Shown here in pieces: positions 23,401-33,300 of a stretch of DNA of 46,135 nucleotides. Numbering within the stretch: position 1 is the stretch's first letter; each line of letters opens with the position of its first letter. The stretch spans positions 90,855 through 136,989 of the forward strand of contig DF237173.1 in assembly GCA_000708835.1 (NCBI GenBank), read 5' to 3'. The notes under the pieces were generated by a model. That model saw only the letters and a program-made list of their open reading frames with translations. It was not told where the DNA came from and searched no databases. Made by a program: the position numbers and the translations under genes. Origin of the DNA: Klebsormidium nitens. Its lineage: Eukaryota > Plantae > Klebsormidiophyceae.

Positions 23401-23801
23401 TGCTGCCCCCCCTGAAGGAAATACCGCCAGCCGTCGGCAAGCGTACCCCCCCGATAAACGGTGCGCTCCGCAACGTTGCCCTCGGAGCAGCACTCGGCGC
23501 CCTCGTCCCGACACCCGAAGAGCGCAAAGCGGGGGTGGATGGTGGCGAGACACTTGAGCAACACGACGCACAACAACACTAACCAAAAAAGACGGCAGCT
23601 GCGCCGGGCGCGGGACTCGTGCCTCGCCGTTTTGGGGGGGTCTGTCGCCAGGTGTTCCAGGGGGGGGATGCCGTAGTGAACCAGGCGGCCCGAGGCGCTT
23701 AAGCTGCGGGGGAAGCCCCTTTTGCGGGAGACCTTAACAGCGATCGAGGTCCACACCGACAAATCTCGAAGTGGGGGGGACTCAGACATACTGGCGCGCA
23801 T
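14436..23801 (-). CDS. Type II membrane multi-domain glycosyltransferase: TM + putative CBM-like domain + GT31 (Fringe/CHSY N-terminal-like) + O-fucosyltransferase-like + GT25-like, ~1187 aa
   Basis: Nine exons with consistent phases and GT-AG ends: 23801-23034, 21188-20938, 20545-20300, 19712-19314, 18880-17770, 17135-16994, 16630-16426, 15524-15280, 14632-14436 (3564 nt). GT31 motifs: LLIGVLST, DEYPP, FDWFMHLDDDTYV, YCLGGPGYLL, EHSDTEIGRCV, ISLHPVK. O-FucT-like: EALFLNRTFVMP, YDAVRI, KLFLDA. GT25-like: AYVLTLPGQERWQRV, LKPGEVGYL..LLVFDDDALL, YGSFAVLYS, LPFDHVF, VAYPKLAI. The start codon and the exon-1 link are less certain than the rest. Confidence 0.8.
15815..16520 (-). repeat. Imperfect tandem array of exon 3' end + splice donor (4 copies)
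   Basis: Donor-like sites GTAAGGCC (16425, the real one), GTAAGGCC (16242), GTCAGGCC (15988) and GTGAGGCC (15827). Each is preceded by a variant of ctgttgcacca...gagca(c/t)(a/g)tactc...ttt(c/t)tgatgg. Confidence 0.85.
21095..21910 (-). repeat. Tandem array (~137-155 bp units) of intron 3' end + acceptor + exon start (5 clear copies plus 1 degenerate)
   Basis: CAG|GTCGCC acceptors at 21188 (real), 21325, 21480, 21625 and 21769. Each is followed by ~90 nt encoding a variant of VAVV.KLAGRPSA...DAPVTLLIGVLSTATE. A degenerate copy lies at about 21820-21910. Confidence 0.92.
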
Positions 23802-24905
23802 GGTGTCTTGGCCTCTGAGCTGGGGCAATGGGATGTACTGTTTCTAGTCAGGGGGGTGCCTCATGCGGTGGTTGTTGGCGTAATAGCTAGGAGGGCCATG
23901 GGACATGACATGCTGATGGTGACAAAGAGGGTGGTTAGAAGGTTTGGTTGACTGCTTTGAGCGAACAGCAAAAGGTGTGCTTTTGACTTGAAGTGATAAA
24001 CCAGCGTCAGGAGAGACACAAAACCTGCTGCTTTTTGCTCATGACATCCCTCAGCCTCAGATCTTGATCAAACTGCAGCTTCTATGCTAGGTTGAAGTGT
24101 ACACATTGTTGACATTGCTGCCAAAATCTTCCTCTGGCCCGAGACGCCGTACTGAGAGAGCCGCCTGAGCTGCGCGAGGGGTGCCCCTGACCTCAGCAAA
24201 GCGCCCCACTTTGTGATCTGCAAAGATCCCGCCTTGGCAATCAACCTCCTACATTGGCCGCCAAAGAACCCTGTGCCGACACTTTCGTGATTGGGTGCTT
24301 CATTCTTCCTCGTTGGTATGTGTGCTAGAGCCACCGACATGATGGGGCCGTGAGCACAATGCTACCACTAGATCAGTGGTGCGTAGACGATAATATTGGA
24401 ATCTGCTCTAGTGATCACGCTTGGAGGCCGTCGGCCCGGCCCCGCGGCGTCGGAGAGATCGTTTCACACCACAGATCTGCCAGCAGATGTGCGACTATGT
24501 TAGAGTACCGTTGTCATCCAAAGATGTACATTGGGATCTGCTACCTGCAGATCCGGTGAGGATTTTGACATCAATGCTTTCGTCCAAGGTTGGGTCAAGC
24601 GCCATGGCATGTCAAGTGTTGAGCTGACGCCTATGTTGTTGATTTGAATGCTGGCCCCCGCCAGACTTGAACGCCATCTTCTAGCGAGGGAGCTCGAAGA
24701 AGGTCGCGTCTTCCGAGACCAGTATGTGTGGGACCGCACCAGTGTACAACAACCACTGAAAAGTACTGCGCAGTACGGTACAGCTACAGGTCCAGGGTTC
24801 CTTCGGTACTTTTAAGTATTATGGTCCTGCCGGCCGCAGTACGTACTCCGAGTCCAATGCAGTTCTTCGGAACAGTGAACACTCGATAAAATTGGACAGT
24901 ATTAA

Positions 24906-26208
24906 CCCTTTAACAGCGGCTGTTGCCTTTTGTTGCCCTTCGTAACACCACCCCTAGAAACGTGTCCAAGAGCCCTCAAAAAAAGCCCGATGACCCTAGC
25001 ACTTGAAGATAGTGTGTCAAAGACCCAAAACAAAAACATAAAAAAAAGATTCGAAAATATTTCGGGGGGTTCGGGCCCCGTAGGAACTGGGACCCCCAGT
25101 ACGCCTTGTTGCCCTAAGCAACATGACTGCCGGCTGACAACAACCGGGCAACAGCGAGGCGTGATCAAGCCGGAGGTGCAGGGGTAAACTTTGCCAAGGG
25201 TCCCGGCCCCCGGGACCCCGGTGCATGGAGGAGGCGCCCGGGTGCGGCTGGTGACGTCATGCTTTAGGTTGTTGCCATGTGGCAGTCATCGCAACGCAGG
25301 GCAACAAACGGGACTCCATCTCACCGTTGGTACATGGCAGGTGACCAGAGGGCAAAACAGCAACAACGGGGCCCTCGCCGCCACTCCACGGGCAGTCGAG
25401 AGGGAGCCTGCAGGTGCAGGCCTCCGTTATCTTGTTGCCTTTCTACCAGGCAAAATGGTCAAAAGGGCAACAATAGGAATGGGGCCTAGAAGGCAACAGA
25501 CTGGCTGCAGACTCGAATACTTAAGCAAAATGTAGAATGCCAGGGAAGCAACAGAGAGGCCCCGTTTCTGCAGAGCTTGCAAATGAGGAGAGCGCGGCGC
25601 GGCGCGCCAGCCGCCCGGCTGGCGATCTGGCTAAAATGGATAATATATAGCAACATGTATGGGTTTTGAGGCCGGCAACGCCTGGCTCAGCCTGGCTACC
25701 AGCAGTAGCAACAGACTGAAAGAAAAGCAACACTGGCAATAGGTACTCGGCTAGGAAAACCCTGTATGAGATACCATAAGCGAGAAAGCCAACATACAAT
25801 AGCATATTACCCGAAACTAATACCTATGTAGTGGTACGTTGCCCTTATATTGACGTGTTGCCATTCCCAGCAACAGGGGCAACAGCAGCATCGGGGCAAC
25901 GGGGCCTTCCAAAGATTGGCAAAGGTAGACCTGTCGAGTGAAATCAATAGTCTGACCTGAAAGGCCTCGTAGAAGCAGGTTACCGCAGCGCCTGCAAGCC
26001 GCCCCGCCGTGGTCGGAAGCTCCGGACCCGGAGTCCGAATGCGTCAAAGTTCAAACCGTCATCGACCGGCGTGCCGGACCGTCAAATTTTATGACCCGCG
26101 CCGTTCGATCGCACGAGGCCGGCCGATCGTACGGTTCGCTCGATTTTTGCGATTATCGATAAATTCGATTACGGCGGTTTTGACGGGAAATTCCCCGCTG
26201 TTAAAGGG
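24906..26208. mobile_element. piggyBac-like non-autonomous DNA transposon (~1.3 kb)
   Basis: TTAA at 24902-24905 and 26209-26212 flanks perfect 14-bp terminal inverted repeats CCCTTTAACAGCGG...CCGCTGTTAAAGGG. No transposase ORF inside. Confidence 0.75.
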
Positions 26209-26789
26209 TTAATACGTGCTCGTGCCCGCCGTGCTTCGCGCAGTCATGTCGCACACAAAGCGAATCCAACTGTCGGCGACATGTTCGGTCATGTGGATCA
26301 CGTGTCACGCTCAATCCGAGGGGTAGGTACCTACACCTTTCAATGTAATTTCGAAAACTTGAACGCGCGCTTCGTACGCGTACGGTGCCGCCCCTGCCGA
26401 CGAGATTTGGTAGTGTATTGCAAGAATAAGGTCCGCGACTCCGCGCCACAATTAACCGGGCACAGATAGTGACTCGCTGGTCAGTCATTGCGTCAGTCCA
26501 GCACCCAGGCCAGTTGGAGCAACCCATCGTCGGTTCTACTTTAACGAATCTGACCTGCGATCCACACCGGTTGACGTGCATTGACTGGCCGGTTTGCGTT
26601 CCCCTCTGCTCCTGTGAAAGACGGTGGGCGTAGGCGTCACGCCGGCGGCATGGCCGAGGCGTGACGACGGCACAAGTTAGGCAAGCGAGCATCGTCCGAT
26701 AAATTCAACTCGTGGCTTTCTGCCGTCCGATTTGAAATGCACGGGCGAGTGCATACCCCCACTTCAAAGTTTATTAAGCAGATCCATGC

Positions 26790-27009
26790 CAGTGCTTGCC
26801 ACGAACCGGTGTTTTAAAGCTGGACCTGGCCGGCAGAAATAACAGATGCACCGGTGCCGAAGGCACCCCACCGGCTGGACAGCCGGCAAAAAATGCTGTG
26901 GGTCTTGGGAAAACCGGCGCCCGGTGCTTTAGCCCGCGCGGCCAGCCGGTAGAAATGTAGGAGGGCCGGTAGACAGCCGGCACCGGTGAAAGTTGGTGGC
27001 AAAGCACTG
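26790..27009. mobile_element. MITE-like element with CAGTG-type termini
   Basis: The left end CAGTGCTTGCCAC and the right end (reverse complement CAGTGCTTTGCCAC) match apart from one indel. There are 11 CCGG motifs in 220 bp. No clean target-site duplication was found. Confidence 0.45.
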
Positions 27010-27374
27010 AAATCTGCCATGCACGGTGCACCACTGGCACCAATGAGTCTGACCGTCGCAGTTGATGCTCGCAAGCAGGTGAACGTCAGACGCTGATGGT
27101 GGTCGCGAATCTGCAGAGCGCCAGCAAGAGGCAGGCTGTGTCCCCGCTCTCGTCTTTGCCATTGGAGCAATCTGTAAGGCAGCCAATATCTCTCAGCTTT
27201 GGATGTCCGCAGGTCTTCCGGAGGCCATCATCCTTGAGTACACAGAAGCCCCACACCTGTGAGAAAGGCAGGACAAACCCTAAATTTGCGCTTCAGAAGG
27301 TTGCCGGCCGCCGGAGCTTGAAAATCTTCTCATCAATCGACACTGGTGTGCTTTCTCCATCAGAAGAAGCCGCC

Positions 27375-30300
27375 ATGGCCGTGAATGTAGTGTCGCCGAG
27401 CTCAGCGGGCGACATCATCAAGTCGGCTGAGGATAAGAAACTCTATAGAAGGCTAGTTCTGGACAACGGGCTGACAGTTGTCTTGATTCACGATCCGGAG
27501 ATGGCTGAGAAGCTTGCAGACCCTGCGGCAGATCGCAACGGAGAGTCTGTCGAAGAATCGGAGGAGGCTGACTCAGACGAAGATGAAGATGGTGAGTCTT
27601 TGGACAGTGCTGCCGTCCGCAGCTTCAGTTAGCCTGCTGTGTTCGCAAAATGCTGCCGGAAAGATTAGGGCTCAGACATTTACTACGAGGGTTGTTCATA
27701 GTCCTGTATCATGGTAATGGGTAATGGTCTTTTGAACAAGTCCAGTCTGTGGTCAATGAAACACCACCACTTTACCTGCGGATGTCTGCAACCAAGTCTT
27801 TGGAAACTGATTGCCAAGGTTTTTCCTGTTCCGGTTGATTGAAATAGGGGGTGGTGCAATTATCATTGGACTGATTCAATGTCTTTCGTAAGCCCCGATT
27901 GGATATGACCACTTTTGGAGTATAGTCGCAGAGAATATCAGCATGCACATCTTAAACAAAACTTCACCGGGGGTCAGTATGTATTGTCTTGTTGTGAACA
28001 CCAGCATATGGCGCTTTAACTAGTTGTGTACTTTTTCTTGGTCCTAACGTAAACAACGTGTATCCTTCAATACACACGTTTCCTTTAGGATCCGTTTGTT
28101 TCTCATCTTTAGGAGAAATGGTGCCTTGTATGCTTGTTTGTTTTGCCTCTCATGTGGAGTTTCACCACCGCCTGAATGTTTGCAGATTTATAGTTGTTTC
28201 TGATGTTCTTTGGACACTTGTAGAAATCCATCTGAGTCCAAACATCAGAAATTTTCTAGATCGAAGGTCCAATCAGTGTAGACGAGAAAGATCGGGAAAC
28301 AGGCCTAAGGGTTGCTCAAGTCTCGATGGGAGTGTGCTCCAACATCATCACGTTAAGCTGCTTAGGGTCTCCTAGCTTGTTGTAGGTACAACTTCTTTCA
28401 GCAACTTGGTCTGGCCTGTACTGAGTGCTTTCTTACGCTCCTGCGATTGCTGTAAGCACGGGTTTCAAAACCACGGACAGAAGATGGCTTCGGTTGCAAC
28501 GTTGTCTGCCAGAACTTGAGATCGGCACTTTCGTTGACAGAGATACGTTGATTTGGCTTGATGATGGAAACCGCATCGGCACTCGCTGGCCTGTGTCCAA
28601 CACTGTGTGCACTTTCGCAGACAACGAGTGGGAAAGTGACGAGGATGAAATGGACGATGATGAGTCTGGATCGGACGAGGAGGCCGGCGAGGGGGATAAG
28701 AAGAAGGAGGGGCACGGCGGAGCGTCAAAAAAGGTAATTGCCTTTTCGGGAGGAATGAAATTGACGAAGCTACGGGCTTGGACAGCGAGGTTGTTTGCCA
28801 GAAACGTCTCTTCTTTGTCTTCAGACCTTTTGCGTTTGGTGTTTGCAAAGTTAAGGCATTATTATTTTGCCACACGTTTGAAGGAACCTGTGGAAGCGTT
28901 TATCTTTCGATGGCTTTGCTCTAGAGCAGCATTTCGTCCTATCTGTTAACATGGAAGACCGGCCAGTGCATGCATTTGGCAGTATGTCACCAAGTGCCAT
29001 TTATCTATCTGCTGTGAACCCTGAAATCCCTGTGTTCTTCTTGAAAGTTCTCGGTAGACCTCCGCTTGGCCTTCTTTCTACGGTAGTCTTTTTCTTGATC
29101 TGGTGATGACAACGTCGGCTCTTGGCTTGCACTGCAGGCTGCGGCAGCCATGTGCGTTGGCGTGGGGAGCTTCTCAGACCCCATGGAGGCGCAGGGTCTC
29201 GCTCACTTTCTAGGTTGGTGACTTGAACAACAGAAAGTCTGGGACAGCTTACTGCACCGTTTGGGTTACATTCGAAGCAATACAGAGCCTCCAAAGAGTT
29301 AATTGCGAACTGTGTGGTTGAAAGGGAAGCTGACGACATTATAGTGGGTCCAAACGAATCAGTGGTCTCCGGTTCAGCGACATCTATGCAAGGTGGTGTG
29401 CGGAAAGGCAAGCCAACGGCAGTATTGTTGGCAGCTGTTGAGGTTCGTCAGCGAGGTGCGGCGTTGGTCTGATGATGCCTTTCATCTCGCTTCCTGCAGA
29501 GCACATGCTATTCATGGGCAGCCAGAAGTTCCCTGACGAGAACGAGGTGAGAGCCGTTGTGCAACCCCCTTTGCCACTTGACATCTTGCGTCTTCACTAC
29601 TCCAAGAAACGGCTGGCGCGGGATGTGTTTGGAAAGTTTTCTGATAGCCCGGTCACTTGTGAGCAGTTTGACTCTCCAATCGTCCTTGTATTGCGAGATT
29701 TCATAGAGAAGGGTTCTTGGTGACCCTCCTCATCCACAGAGCTCGTTTCTGCCCGAGTCGCCTTTTTCCTCGGGCCCTTTCAAATCGGAAATCTCCATTC
29801 TACTACCTTGAGACGTATATTCTTTCTCCATAACGCCCAATTCTTTTCATTGCAGTACGACTCATATTTGTCCAAGCACGGGGGAGGCTCGAACGCATTC
29901 ACAGAGGCTGAGTACACCTGCTTCCACTTCGATGTGAATAGGCGCTTCCTGCAGGGTGCGCTCGACAGGTGAGCCTTTGGGGCCACAGGATCGGCTTTGC
30001 AGCCCTAGTGAGAGGACTGGTAGGAAACCTGAAGCAGATTGTCATGAAATGCCCTTCGAAGCCTGGCAACACCCCTCAGAAACAGGCCCCTTCTCATCAG
30101 AAGTGAGCCGACATGGTCTCAGCTCGCATCGTCTGCCAACGGCTTCAATGCGCAGGCTCTGCTCAAGTTTCCACTTTTGGAGACCGCAGCTTGTGCGGAA
30201 CTCGCTGACGTCAGGCGGACATCATCCGTTGGTTCCCTCTTAGGTTCGCCCAGTTTTTCATCAACCCGCTGGCCAAGGTGGAGGCAATGGACCGGGAAGT

Positions 30301-33300
30301 GCAGTCGGTTGACTCAGGTGAGGCATTTCAGAAAGAGTAGGTTTGGGGTCAATTGCGATCCTTACGAACGGATACAATGGCTTCATTTGATGACGCGAAT
30401 TGGGAAGTAGATACGTGGTGCACCTTTCAGCTGGAGTTGAACTGTAGATGCTTCTACCTTGAACAGAGAGGCGAGGCTGGTTCATTGATCGAGCAGTCTC
30501 ACTGAAACCACTTACGGCTTTCTATGCTGGTTGGATCTTCTCATCATTCTTGATCTTTGGATTCAGAGGGCCAGTTCTCAAGCGAGGCTCTCTGTTCCGC
30601 TTTTCAGAGGCCGGTGCGCAATGCAGAATACGCAACCCTGACAAAAGTTTGACTTTTGCGTTGAAACAATCTTGGCAGGATTCAGGGTCTCTTATTTTGG
30701 AACCCAGAGAGTCGGTTCTTGGCTGCAGAGTTCAATTCAGGCGCAATTTCCCCGCAAACGCCGATCGTGCTCAACAAGCGCTGAAGATTTCTAGATCGTA
30801 ATCTTTCAGGAACTCAGAAACTTTGTTTCTCCGCTGCAGAGTTCAACCAGGTGCTACAGGACGACAACGCGCGCCTCCAGCAGCTGCACTGCTCCACCGC
30901 TGACGTCAGCCACCCGTTCCACAAGTTCATGTGGGGCAACAAGAAGAGCCTCAGCGGGGGGGAGGGCACGGGGGGGCCCGACATGCGCTCGCTGCTCATG
31001 AAGCTGTACCTGGAGCACTACCGGGCGGATCGGATGCACTTGGCGGTGCTCGGGGGGGGTGAGAAGCGCTATCTTTCACCTGAGATGGGGTTTTCTTGCA
31101 CTTTCTGATTGTTAATGTGCTCAGGCTTGGTATGTGATCCCGTTAGCTTTTCTGTTGTAACATTCTCCACATCTTGGTATTGATTTAACGGAGCTGAAGC
31201 ACTATCGTGCTGATCCAATGCACTTGGCTGTGCTGGGGGGTGCTGAGGAGTGCAGAAATTTCATCCCAGAAAGCAGTGTTGTGCGGTAGTATAAAGTCGT
31301 GTTGCGGATTTGCGTCTTCACACGTGCGTTGAGACGCTTGCGTTGGTCCAGATATCGTCGTTCAAGTAAAGACGGCCGCCAGAGCATACAGTTGCTTGTG
31401 TCATGCATTTCTTCGTTTGGAGCGGCGTCTCTCTCAGATGTATACTTCAACGACAAGACCTTCTGTCTTTCAAACCTGGTCTTGGTATGCGGTGGAGTTT
31501 CCAGCTTCCGGTGCGTTACAAGTAGTGCTGCTTTCGGTATGTAATGCTCCTGATCCACGTTGGATATCAACGCTTCCCGTCTTTATACAATATTTGGATG
31601 AGCTCTTACGTTTACAGTATTACGCTTACAGTAAATGCAGACCTTCTTTTAACCAACTGTGCGCCTCGGCAGACTCGCTCGACACACTGGAGGAATGGGT
31701 GACAAAGCTCTTCAGCCCCATCCGCGGGCAGGGGGGTCCCCGCCCCAGCTTTTTGCCGCCCCCTGGCGCACCCCCGGCGTACCAACCGGGGCTCCTGTAC
31801 AAAGTCGAATCGGTGCGAGACCAGAACCTGCTTTCGCTGACGTGGCAGCTTCCCTGCTTGGACGCGCACTACCAGGCCAAGCCGGCAGACTACGTCTCGC
31901 ACCTGATAGGGCATGGTGAGCCTTCCAATGGGTTGCTGCCAAGTGGCAGTCGTTTTCTTGGACGGTCGTGTGGTTGTCTCCCGGCGTGACGAGCCGCCCA
32001 GACGTAATGCTCGAACGCTTGGGCTGGGCCTTGTCTCTTCAAACAGGTTCGTAAAGCGCTGCAACGGGGTATGGATCCTTTGCCCCGAGGTCCGCTTTCG
32101 TTGAGTTTGCACGGCTTTTCTTATCTCGGGCTCTTTCGGTAGTCACCGTCAATAAGGCGTGACAGCTGGACACGTATCGGGCAGCCTATACATGCCTTTT
32201 AAAACCTTCCCCCGTAAGGAATACAAAACCACACTACACACGGCGTAAACAGACTACGCAAACTGAATCATTCGCTCAAAGGTTTGCCGCTCCATACATC
32301 TGCTGTTCCAACTTGGTCCTTCCGGTCGCTTAAACTGCTTGAGCGACAGGTCTACTGAAAGCCGTGGGGCATTCGAACGACTATCCAAGAGTTGTTTGAG
32401 CTCGACCCCAACCAGCTCCCCTTTGGAGAGGTCCGCTAACCCGGGTTTCGATTTCGCTGAAACTTTTGTCGTGACCCGTGCTCTCCATTATCGCAGAGGG
32501 CGCTGGGAGCTTGCTCTCGTTGCTGAAGGCCAAGGGGTGGGCCACCGGTTTGTCGGCAGGAGTGGGGGATGGGGGCCTCGATCGGAGCACTGCCTGCTAC
32601 ATGTTTGAAGCGCACATCTGGCTGTCGGTGCTCGGGTTGGAAAAGGTGAGACACCTGTCCTAAGTGTGCTGCTGTATGCGTGTATGGATCCCCCTCGCAG
32701 AAGGTTTGCTGGCCCTTCCTGGCTGGGAGAAGCTTCCGGAAGAGAAGGAATGTTATGTGGGCCTTTTCGAAGAGGCATTGGTTCTTGCTTTGTCATGGAT
32801 TGTTCTTCTGCTCCGGCACTTGACGTCCGTTCTTTCATATCTTGCGAGTGTGACGCATCAGACTGCTATACCACAAGATTGCTTGTTACTGCCTCGACCG
32901 TTCCAATCGTTGTGTGCAGGAGCGCAAACAAAAAATACGAGGTCATCAGACTGCTGTACTTGACTTCTGATCATTTCAACGCCCCTAGCGAGAAAACTAA
33001 GTCCTTCTTGTCGCATTTCGTGAACCAGACGAGCCCTCTTAGTGACGTCAACATCGCTCATTTCCGCAGGTGTATGACGTCATCGGGCTATTGTACCAGT
33101 ACGTTGCGATGCTGCGGCGGGAGGGCCCCCAGGAGTGGGTGTTCCGGGAGCTGCAGGCGATTGCGGAGATGGACTTCCGGTTTGCGGAGGAACGAGAGGC
33201 GGAGGACTGTGTTGTATCCGTTGCACGTGAGTCCATTGTGGCCTACCTTTGAATCTGGAACGCGGTTCGAGCTCGTTTCAACTTTGTAGGCTTGCTCGGG

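Noticed and set aside
24060-24740. Coding-like fragments upstream of the glycosyltransferase gene
   Set aside because: They are interrupted by stops and have no identifiable motif. They may be a decayed element, but I cannot support a call.
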